NCBI GenBank assembly: GCA_016748015.1
Contig: JAAOMT010000639.1
Location: 124,844-188,843, forward strand
DNA length: 64,000 nt
Direction: 5' to 3'
DNA from: Geosiphon pyriformis uo1
Taxonomy: Eukaryota; Fungi; Glomeromycota
Shown here piece after piece: positions 23,901 through 34,400 of this stretch. A program made the position numbers and the translations under genes. The notes under the pieces were generated by a model, which was not told where the DNA came from, ran no database searches, and was given only the letters and a program-made list of their open reading frames with translations. Within the stretch, counting starts at the first letter, position 1; each line of letters begins with the position of its first letter.

Positions 23901-26222
23901 AGAATGCACACATGATACTGACGCAGGATTTGATCTGAGATATCTGGGGAAAGATTCCATTAAATTGGAACCACATTCACACACTTGCATCAATAATGAT
24001 AAAGATATTATGCCAGAATGCACACATGATACTGATGCAGAATTTGATCTGAGATATCTGGGGAAAAATTCCATCAAATTGGAACCACATTCACACACTT
24101 GCATCAATCTGAAAATAGCACTGGAAATTCCAGCAACAACAATGGTTCAATTAGCATCCAGAAGTAGTTTAGCAAAAAGGGAATTAACATTAGAAGAGGA
24201 ATAATTGACACAGAATACATAGAAAATATTATTGCTATGCTACAAAATGATTCAGAAAAGACATATACCATAGATCCAAATAAAAAAATAGCACAGGCAA
24301 TATTCCTACTTCTGATGAAAATAGCTCAATTATTGTCAGTAGGAAACAGGGAGGAATTAGGGATTACAGTTAGAGGGATACAGGGATTTGGATCAATGGG
24401 TATAATAGATATACTAATCAATATGGCAGAAGAAAAAATTGTTGACAAAGAAGAAATTATCTCAACCCATCAAGCAATTTCTATTCCACTATATGACCAG
24501 TATATGTTAGCCATAAAAAGAGAAGTGAAGGATCAAGCTTAATTGTTTGAAGCAAAAGCCACCATTTGTGAATCAGGAGAGATTGGACTTACCAATCTCT
24601 ACATCTCAGCCAACAGCCCCAAAAATATTAAAATTTCCATCCACAACACAACTGGAAACATCATTGAAATACTAAAGGGAACCATTATTGGATATTTAAC
24701 CACTGAAGTTGAGGATTAACCACCAAACCATATTCCAGATTTTCCACAACTGTGTGGATATGTAAACATCACATCACAAACCATCTACAGATAAAGTGGA
24801 TGCTATCTGCTCCAACCAGAACAATTGGAACAGAAAAACATAAAAAATCTAGACCCACTCCAACAGATGTTACTCAACAATTTTAATGACATCTTTGCTA
24901 GCAAAAATGAATTTGGCCACACCAATATCATCTAGCATTAGATCAAAACTAAAGATGCAATGCCAATTAAACAAAAAGCATACAAAGTACCACCACCTAG
25001 CCATGAGATCATTTGTCAAGAAATCAATCAGATGCTTGACAATGAGCTAATTCAGCCATCAATGAGTCCATGGTTGTCACCAGTAGTACTAGTCTGGAAG
25101 AAGAATAGAAAAATTTGCTTTTGTGTAGATTACCAAAAATTGAATGGAGTAACCAAGAGAGACAGCTACCCAACTCCAAAGATCCAAGAACTATTCAACA
25201 CTTTTGGAGGAAACAAATGGTTTTTGACACTGGATTTAGATAGTGGCTACTGGCAAGTAGCTATGGATTTAGCTGAAAAAAAAAAGACCACATTTACAAC
25301 AAAAGAAGAGAATTTTGAATTTGAAATCATGCCATTTGGCTTGATAAATGCTCTAGCAACATTTCAATGGCTCATGGAAATCATATATACTGGACTACTA
25401 TGGAAATCAGTAGTCATATACTTAAATAACACCAATGTATTCTCAAAAACATTCAATGATCATCTGAATCACCTCTAGCAGGTGTTTGAAAGACTAAGAA
25501 GAGCTGGATTGAAACTAAATGCAATGAAGTGTTTCTTTAGAAAAATTGAACTCAAGTTTTTGGGACATGTTGTAAGCAAAGATGATATCAAAATGAATTC
25601 AAATAAGATTGCAATAGTAAAAAACTTTCCAGTACTAACAAACTTGCCAGAACTAAGGGCATTTTTGGGCTTCACAGATTATTATCACCACTTCATTAAG
25701 GACTTTTCCAAACTAGCTCAGCCATTTTACCAGTTACAAACTAAGAATGTAAAGTATGAATGGACTGAAGCTCAACAAAAAGCATTCGACACATTGAGAA
25801 GAAAGCTTATTCAAGCCCCAGTGTTGATGTATTCAGACCACAGCAAACCATTCATTATCACTACAGATGTATTAGGTTAAGCATTGGGAGCAGTACTATC
25901 ACAGAAAGAACCAGATGGAAGAAAACATCCAGTAGCTTATGCCAGTAAAAGCTTAAGTCCAGCTGAAAAGAACTATAGAATTTCAGCACTGAAACACTTA
26001 GCAATCTATTGAGCAGTCATGAAATGGAGAGAATACTTGAGCCAAAAGTTTGAAATATACATGGATCACAAGGAATTGACTTCAATTCAGAAACAAGAAT
26101 TTGCAGACAATTGCCATGCCAGATGAAAAATAGAACTTTCACTATTTAACTATACAGTACATTATAAAAAGGGAAAAAATAATGAAAATACTAATAGATT
26201 GTTATGAATAAAACAAATCTAA
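20968..26222 (+). pseudogene. E2 gag (C-terminal part), PR, Cys-rich domain, dUTPase, RT, RNase H
   Basis: CHYCDRQGHLQFEC; LILDSGSAGSII; AGFDL, RSSLA, KIAQAI, RGIQGFGS; FCVDYQKLN, DLDSGYWQ, YLNN (decayed YLDD); TTDVLG; stop at 26220-26222. Confidence 0.92.
23877..24104 (+). repeat. 114-bp in-frame tandem duplication inside the E2 dUTPase
   Basis: 23877-23990 is repeated at 23991-24104, with CAAT microhomology at the junctions. Confidence 0.95.
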
Positions 26223-26253
26223 AAACATTTCAACCTTAAAAATATAACAAAAG

Positions 26254-27630
26254 ATAAATATACAAAAATACCAACAATTTCAACATTATATAAATACCCA
26301 ATTGTTCAAGAAAAAATTATCTCAAAAAGAACAAAAGAACATAAAACAACAATCAAAATATTTTATTAACTATTAAAATATACTTTACCGAAAGAACAAA
26401 AAAAATCTAGATTAACTAACCAAAGTAATCACAGAACCAGAAAAAGAGAAAATATTATTCAACATGCACTCAGATCCAACAGCAGAACATTTTCATAAAA
26501 AAACAACCATGGAAAGAACCAAAAAAAGATATTATTGGCCATCAATATATTCAAATATCATCCAATATGTTCAAAATTATAATGCTTATTAGAGAAGAAA
26601 AGGAACAAGATCCAGTAAACCATTGAGACCAATCAAAGTAAAACAACTATTTGATTACATTGGAATTGACTTAGTTGGACCATTAACAATCACCAGCAGA
26701 GGCAACAGATATATTGTAGTAGCCATGAACTATCTTATCAAATGGCCAGAAGCAAAAGCCATTCAAAGAGCAGATGCAGAATCCGTTGCCAAATTCGTTC
26801 ATCAAGATTTGATTTGTTAACATAAATGTCTAAAAGAACTATTATCAGATCAAGGAACTCACTTTGTAAACAGAATACTGGCAGAATTAAGTCAAAAATT
26901 TGGAATTAAAAGACCATTATCATTGTTATATTATTTACAAACCAATAGACTAGTTGAAAGATTCAATAGAACATTGTGTGAAGCAATTGCCAAAATCAGT
27001 CAAGAAAACCAAGATAAATGGGATTTGTTCATACCATCAGTATTATTTGCTTATCGGACAATGAAGCAAGATACCACACAAGCAACACCATTTGAACTAG
27101 TATATGGTAGAAAAGCAACATTACCAGTTGAGATAAAGGTCAATACATATTCAACTGAACCAATAACAGAAGATAATTTTCAAGAAACATTGTTGAGAAG
27201 AACATATGACTTAATGAAAACACTAAAAAACAGACAACAAAAAGCAGCTGACAACATACAAAAGTCACAAGAGAAACAAAAAGAGAGACATGATAACCAA
27301 CTACCAGACAAACCAGTTGAATTCAAAATTGGAGACAAAGTACTTCTACATCATACTAAAGCGGAAAAACAATAGAGTAGAAAATTTGATCCCAAATGAG
27401 ATGAACCATTTCACATTAAAGAAATTCTTGGAAATAAAGCTTACAAATTAAGATGGGACAACAAAATTTTAGCCAAAGCAGCACATAGTGATCAACTGAA
27501 ACAATATTACCAGATAGCATTATCATCTATCAATAACATTTCACAACTAGAAGTACAAAGAATACTAGTTCAACCAGATGAGATTTTATGAGATCTGGAA
27601 CCAATCATAGTTATTAAACCAAACACATAA
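26254..27630 (+). pseudogene. E2 integrase, separate ORF (start decayed ATG>ATA), 459 codons
   Basis: MHSDPTAEHF, GIDLVGP, SDQGTHF, VERFNRTL, FKIGDKV, ..EPIIVIKPNT*; no chromodomain. Confidence 0.9.
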
Positions 27631-27648
27631 AATCAAACAATCAGAAAG

Positions 27649-27657
27649 TATATAAAG
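27649..27657 (+). promoter_or_regulatory. Putative internal TATA box for ORF3 (TATATAAAG)
   Basis: 41 nt upstream of the ORF3 ATG; positionally conserved in E1 (7813), E3 (14594) and E4 (48858). Confidence 0.6.
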
Positions 27658-27689
27658 ACACAGTATACGCAACAAAAGCAATCAAGAAA

Positions 27690-28325
27690 ATGGAAATACC
27701 AGATTATATTCACACTATAGCTCAACAACTGTTCCAGGTCTTAAGTCAACAACAGTTAGACATAGAAATTATTGTTAACAACCAAACAATTTGTTATTAA
27801 AACACTAAAAAAAAGACAAAAAACACACCATATCAGTGGATATCAAAGAATGATAAAAACTGGTCAGATAACATAATAGAAAAAGTAAAGAACACATTTG
27901 GGAAAATACCTATTATAACACCAACAGAAGAACTTACAAAAGAGAATTGGAAGCAATGGACAGAACAACTTCCAATATCATACTGTTACTACCAGTTAGA
28001 TCGGAAGTTGAATATTCAGGAGTTGTATATTGACAAATCCAATAGAATATTCAACCAAGACATAATACAACAAATTGAAGAATTTATTGAAAAAAAAATA
28101 AATTCAACACTACATATTAGAACAATGTACTAATTACACAACATATTTCGAAACTATCCAGAAATACTGTTATACTCTGACATGGAAATCATAACTATTA
28201 AACAATGAGGAAGAATGAACAATACACAAGTGGAAGATGTGAGAAACAGAGTTGAACAAACAATACTTGAAAAAGAAGTATTAGAATTAATTTAAAATGA
28301 AGATTTCAACAGAGCTCAATATTAA
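27690..28325 (+). pseudogene. E2 ORF3 (212 codons, unknown accessory protein)
   Basis: MEIPDYIHTIAQQLFQVL...YCYYQLDRKLNIQELY...FRNYPEILL...DFNRAQY*; ends at the PPT; the internal stops are explainable as C>T or G>A transitions. Confidence 0.75.
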
Positions 28326-28339
28326 AAAGAAGGAGATAA
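28324..28339 (+). promoter_or_regulatory. E2 polypurine tract AAAAAGAAGGAGATAA
   Basis: Immediately precedes the 3' LTR. Confidence 0.9.
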
Positions 28340-29219
28340 TATTACTCATAAAAAAAAAAACAGATATAAGAAAATAGGAGACCAATAGGAAAATAGTAGT
28401 TAGCATGTGAGCACATTGCTCAGCAATGTGGAGCAATGTCAGAAAGTATGGCATATTGCTCAACAATGTAGAGCAATATCAGAAATCACGGCACATCGCT
28501 CAGCAATGTGGAGCAATGTCAAGAAAATATGGCATATTGCTTAGCAATATGAGCATTGCTTGAGAAATTATAGCACATTGCTTGAGAATGTGAGTGATTT
28601 CATAGAACCCAAATTATGTATATATAGTGGTAGCATTAGAAGTAGAAAGACAGATCTTTCAGTTTAGATTTGATTTAAGCAACTCTCCATTTACAAATAT
28701 CAATAAATAATTATTCACTATCTTAATCCACTTTCCATTATCAACACTTTATGTTGATAGTAAGTAATACTTAACCATATGAGAACAATAGCTCTTGATC
28801 ACAGCTATTGACAGGATACTAACTTGTAATTGCTTTTATTTATTTCTTTGTTTTTTTTTTTATTTTCCTTTGATTTGTTATTTTGTTGGTTTTACTAAAC
28901 TGATTAAAAATTAAGTACTGAGTTATTGACATCAAGAATAGCCTGGTAAAAGACCCCAAAGGAAGGGTATAAGAATTGAAAATTTAAGGATAGCTTACCA
29001 GAAGGACATCTCTGCCAAAATTACCAGCCACCACACTGAGAAAAAAATTTGATGAAACTGCAGTTTCGGGAGGCTATGGGAAAGACAACACTTGAATCTC
29101 TGTCTATTATACAAAAGACTTTACAACAAAACCTTCAGATATTGACACCAGAATACCAACCAAGCACCAAGTTACAGATTTGTTATTTGACTTGAGACCC
29201 CAAATAATCATCTGTAACA
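28340..29219 (+). repeat. E2 3' LTR (880 bp) with an expanded ~40-bp U3 repeat array
   Basis: TATTACTCATA...CTGTAACA; direct repeat of 11310-12092. Confidence 0.95.
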
Positions 29220-29279
29220 CCAGTAATTCTCTTGGTAAGCTATCCTCAAATTTATAAGTGTTTTATTCTTGTTTTACGG

Positions 29280-29892
29280 TGTTACTAAAGATTTTTGGTC
29301 TCTTTTCTTAAATGTCATTGATGCCTGTTTGTTGTGAATTCATGTTGTCTGGATATAGTTAAACCTCCAATAACTGAATTTATCTTTAAATTATCTTCTA
29401 TAGTTTGAACTGCTGGACTTATAGTAGAATGGCCAATTCCGTGTCAGTTGCTTCATGTAGTTATGTTGTGGTAAACATCAACTCTTTCTCAGGAATTGCT
29501 CATCTGGAAGCTCACTAAAAATGTGTAGTTACTTTGCTGTGAAAGTCAACTTTTCTACAGGAATCTCGTCTGTAGGCTACCCTAATGATTATAATAAGAA
29601 AATAAATAAAAGAAAATAAAAGAATTGTAAAAGAAATAGAATTCTGTCAAGGGAAACGTTTTCTATCCAGGCCTGGAGTTACTAACAGTTTTACTGAAAT
29701 TGGTAGCTAATCAATTTCAAATGTTAGTTGGGTTTTGGGAATTTTCTAAGTGCAATAATTAAAGAATTTGGTTTTTTTGAATTATTTGATATTTATTTCT
29801 TTTTGTGTGTATAGAAATGGTTCTAAGTAATAAATCTAAGATAAGATACATTTTCTCAAAGAAAAAAGCTCTTCTTTTATACAACTTGTCAT
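29280..29892 (-). mobile_element. E6: probable LTR of a further family, inserted in the E1 5' LTR
   Basis: Begins TGTTAC exactly where E1-LTR homology stops; minus-strand TGTATAAAAG near 29875-29884; the other end is not visible. Confidence 0.5.
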
Positions 29893-30735
29893 TGTTACGG
29901 TTTAAGAATTTAGCAAAAAGAATCATAAAAATAATACAAACTATTCAATTATAATATAGCACAGTAATAATCTTAGAAAGGTAATGATTAACATAGTAGC
30001 AAACACTATCTCGTGATAGTGGCAAGCACCAGTTCACAATAGCAGCCAACACCAACTGGTGATAGCAGCAAGCACCAGGTTGAAATATCAAAAAGAAAGT
30101 ATTTTCTCGTAGAACTACAAACATATATATATACAGTAGTTTTAATATTGGGAAAGAATCAATCAAGTAATAAAAATCATAACTTATCAAGCAACAGATT
30201 CAATTTTATCCAACAAACCCCACTTTAAATCATACTTTCAAATTAAATATTCCAAGAAACCTTTAAAAATCAAAAAGAAATGAAAAAGAATATTTAAAAC
30301 GGAACTATCACAACCCAAAGTATTAAGAAACTTACTTGTATTATTTATTGAATGAAACTATCATTCATCAACTGAATCCCTTGGAAGAATAATCCTTGAT
30401 CAAGATTATTCACGTTGTTACTAATTGATAAAAGCTTTATTGTAAGAATTAGAAAAGTGCTAAAGACCATTAACATTCCGTGTTTCTAGATTAGAGAAAC
30501 ACATCAGGCAATTGCAAGGATAGCCTCAGAGAAGACCCCAGACAGTGGGTAGATTTCAGTTCAGCCTCTGAGAAGGAGTACATAAACACACACAACAATC
30601 AAGAATTAAAGAATAACTTACATCACAACAGTAAAAAGAAAGCCTTCAGTGTAACAGTGACATTATCACACAAATAGAATTGAGGAACTCATGAAAGACT
30701 GATTGCAATTAAAGCGGGATATCAGCAATTAAATA
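29893..30735 (+). mobile_element. E7: probable LTR of another family, running into the gap
   Basis: Begins TGTTACGG; short imperfect repeats at 30016-30080; TATATATATA at about 30124 followed by CAGTAG.., as in family A LTRs; end not visible. Confidence 0.45.
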
Positions 30736-30950
30736 NNNNNNNNNNNNNNNNNNNNNNNNNNNNNNNNNNNNNNNNNNNNNNNNNNNNNNNNNNNNNNNNN
30801 NNNNNNNNNNNNNNNNNNNNNNNNNNNNNNNNNNNNNNNNNNNNNNNNNNNNNNNNNNNNNNNNNNNNNNNNNNNNNNNNNNNNNNNNNNNNNNNNNNNN
30901 NNNNNNNNNNNNNNNNNNNNNNNNNNNNNNNNNNNNNNNNNNNNNNNNNN
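30736..30950. other. Assembly gap (215 N)
   Basis: Run of N. Confidence 1.
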
Positions 30951-30970
30951 CTAAAAAATAAAAAATAAAA

Positions 30971-31033
<63 letters not shown>

Positions 31034-31492
31034 AAATGCAATTGCAAGTTAGTATCTCATCAATAGTTGTGATCAAGAGCTATTGTTCCAGTGTGGTCAA
31101 GTATCAATTACTATCAACATGAAGTGTTAATAGTGGGAAGTGAATTGGGATAGTAAATAATTATTTATTGATATTGGGAAATAGAAGGTTACTTAGATCA
31201 AATTTAAACTGAGAGATCTGTTTTTTTCTACTTCTAATGCTACCACTATATATACATAATTTGGGTTTTATGAGATCACTTACATTCTTGACCAATGTGC
31301 TATAATTTCTCAAACAATGCTTACATTGCTGAGTAATATGCCATAATTTCTGACATTGCTTTATATTGCTGAACAATATGCCATGATTTCTGATATTGCT
31401 CTACATTGCTGAGCAATGTGCTTACATGCTAACTATTATTCTCTTATTGGTCTACTATTTTTTCTATATCTGTTTTCTTTTTATGAGTAACA
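30951..31492 (-). repeat. Remainder of the E1 5' LTR (U3 side)
   Basis: Homologous to 6590-7116; ends GAGTAACA. Confidence 0.85.
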
Positions 31493-34400
31493 ATATACAA
31501 GAGAAATGCTTAGTTAAAAAACCTAGCTTTGATTATGATGATAGAAATGCTCTTATTATAGGGAATCTAAATTAAATGCCTAAAGATTCATGTTTGAAAA
31601 CCAAGCAGACCATGAAAAAACCATTGAGAAAAATTAATTTTTTGAGTGATAATAATAGTGATGTTTTTTTGGATATTCTTCTAACTCTCCCTCCTTTCTT
31701 GAAAGTTTTAATTAATATTCCAATTAAAAAATCATTTGTTTTAGATATTGGTTTAGATAAAATAATCAGAAAATTCTCTCAAAAAAAGCTTGTAATAGTA
31801 AGAAGACTGTTTTCAAAAATTAATGGTTTTGGGAGGGGTCTCTACTCTCTCAAAATTTGCTGAAATTATTAAAGCAACATTCACTTCTGAATTGAGCTTG
31901 GCTTAAGCATCTGATATGACAATAGTTGCAAAGATTACAGTAAATACCAATTTCAAAAAATCTGTTGTATATTCAGATCAGGCTGTGATATTAAAAAAAA
32001 TCTCAATTGATATGTTAGTTGAGGCTGTGTATACTGCACTTTTCAAATATGGGTTGATTAAGTCAATTAAGATGCAATTAGTAAAACTGTAACAAAAAGC
32101 TGTGATGAAGTTTGACCAATCAGACCAGGCTAATTTGGTTATAACAAACTGGTTTATCTTAATTGAAAAAGATGCTGTGCATGTTGTTAGAACAGATCAA
32201 GACAAAATAACATGGAATGCAAGAGATTGTTATAGGGCACTGTTCTATATACTGCCAATAGAAATTAATGCTCATAATATTTATGATTTTATTGGTTCTA
32301 TGGGTGGGAAAACATGTGTTATCAATTATTATCCAGTTTCATATGCTTAAGCCAGATGTCCTACTGTTTACTTTAATTCTGCTAAGTTATTGAATATTGT
32401 TATAAGAACTACACCAGTTTTAAGAGATACCAATTTGTGCTGAGCCTATCTAGGTTTAGCAAAGTGTACTAAGTATAAAAAATTGGGTCATACTTTATTA
32501 GGTTGTTTTGTAAATGAAAAAACTTCTTTTGGTGGCCTATTCTGTAAAGTACTGTTAAAAGATGATAAAAGCAGACTAATATCATTTATGCTAAATATTT
32601 AGTACTAATTACCCATTCTGTTTTTTTTGGTAGTGTTTTTTGGACCAAGATTGTTGATAGATCTTCTTTTCCTTCTCTTCTTATATGAAGTGGCTTGAGT
32701 GATTCTGGTTCTTTTTCAAAATTGAAATCTACTTTATTGGTGTCTATAAAATTAAATAATAGGTTTGCTACTTTTAAGCATAGTCTTGTCAGCTTTGTGG
32801 AACATATTGACAAGTTAACTAAGAGGTTAGACACATCTAAGCCAACAGTTTCTCAGTCTAACCTTAGACATTAGTCATTGGTAACCCCCTTATCACAGAA
32901 TTAAGAGGCAAATATAGTGATGAGTAAGAGTTCAGATGTAGTTACTCATGGTAAGACTATTATGAAAATAGTGGTTTTTGATTTGTTGGTTATTTCAAAA
33001 TTAGAAGACACTTTGAACAATCTGTTAGTTACAGTTATAGGCTTATTGGCCAAAGTAAACAATACTGGTTTGGTTTTTGTTGTTTATCCTTCTCAATAAC
33101 AGATCTAATATAGAAATTTGCTATATGCAATATTTAGAATCTCAATGTTCTTGTCAAGCAGGAAAAAATTGTTTGTTGGCATAAAAAATCAGGTAGTTTG
33201 GTTTCTATTGTTATTGAGACAAAGTTAAAATCTAGCATTAGGCCATGAATTATGAATAAGTTTGATGAAGTAAGGGTCTTTTCATCTGGTTTGAACAAAA
33301 GTTTTTTAGTACTAGGGTGGCAATTATTATGAACAATTCTTTGACTTGTTATGTATCTAAAATTGAAGAAGTCCCTAATTACCTTATTTTAGTTTGGCTT
33401 CTCTTTAAAGACAAGCTTTCAGTCACGATTTTGGGTTTATATGTTGGTGTTTTAGTTGAAATCAAATTTGGTTAGACTGTAGGAATCAACTCTTTTATTA
33501 CTAAGGCTATTAACTTCAGCACTTTTGTGATTCTGAATGGAGATTTTAATAAGAATGAGTCTAAAAAGAGTACAAGTTTCAAATTCTGCTCAGATCTGAA
33601 TTTGGTCAATTTTTTTGGTAAGCATCCACTAATTAAAGCTTCTACTTAGAGCAATTCAAGAGGTGCTGAGAAAGTTATTAATTATATTTTTGTAAGTAAG
33701 AGTCTGTTATCTGTGGTGGCTGGCCATATAACTAATCTTATTTCTGAGTTTTTTGATACAGATCACAGGACTGTTTTGGTTTCAATTGGTTTGGATAGTC
33801 TTTTAAATGTTCAATTAAATAGTTTATACAAACAGACTAACAAAGATCATTAGAAGTTCAGTTTTAAGAATATAGATAATACCAAATGGGCAAGATTTAA
33901 AGATTGTGCTTTAACCAAACTTTTAATAATAAAGGCTGGATTTTTTGTGACTAGTATTTGTGGTAATTTGAATACTATATAGAAGTTGTTGAAGAAAGTG
34001 ATGATAAAGTTGGCTAATAAAACATTTTTTAAATATTGGTTCAGTAAATTTGAGTGTTCTAAAAACAAATACTCTTCAAAATTTTTTGGGTTGAAATTGC
34101 TAATTGCCAAAATTGTTAAGAAGTTGAACTCAGATAACATGTTTAGATTTAATTGTTTTGCTAAGAAATAGGCAACTTTGGATGGTAATAAGACTCTTAA
34201 GATTGTAAATATGATTTAGAATAGTGTAAGTTCAATGGTTATTCTTAAACATTTGTCAATAATTCATAAAAAATGCAGAAGGTTCAAGCTTTATAATCAA
34301 AGTTGGCTAAAAAAGTGTTTATTAAAAAAGCAATTAAAAAGCACATAGAAAGTTATTGTTTTAATAAAGAATATATGATCCAAAGTATTCTAAACCAGCT

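Larger units (their letters stand above)
11310..29219 (+). mobile_element. Ty3/gypsy element E2 (family A, full length, dUTPase-bearing), inserted in the E1 5' LTR; contains E3
   Basis: LTRs 11310-12092 and 28340-29219; perfect 4-bp TSD CCAG (11306-11309 and 29220-29223); the E1 LTR resumes afterwards; PBS and PPT present. Confidence 0.95.
6248..31492 (-). mobile_element. Ty3/gypsy element E1 (family A, internally deleted), full span including nested E2, E3, E6/E7 and the gap
   Basis: 3' LTR 6248-7116, PPT, internal region 7117-11098, PBS. The 5' LTR is split into 11099-11309, 29224-29279 and 30951-31492. Flanks TCAT/ATAT fit a decayed 4-bp TSD. Confidence 0.8.

Noticed and set aside
27330-27630. 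Chromodomain at the integrase C-terminus
   Set aside because: The tail after the GPF/Y-like motif is short and ends EPIIVI; no Y.VKW.G motif is present.
28408-28595. Palindromic repeats resembling a CRISPR array
   Set aside because: The intervening sequences are repeats of each other, not unique spacers; the array lies in LTR U3; no cas genes; eukaryotic context.
30650-30656. TGTAACA as the end of the E7 LTR
   Set aside because: It is followed by GTGA, which is neither the expected TSD (TCAT) nor a PBS.
30709-31047. Poly-Phe ORF and long poly-A run
   Set aside because: It spans the N gap. The poly-A corresponds to the A-rich tract of the E1 LTR at a contig end and is probably inflated by sequencing.
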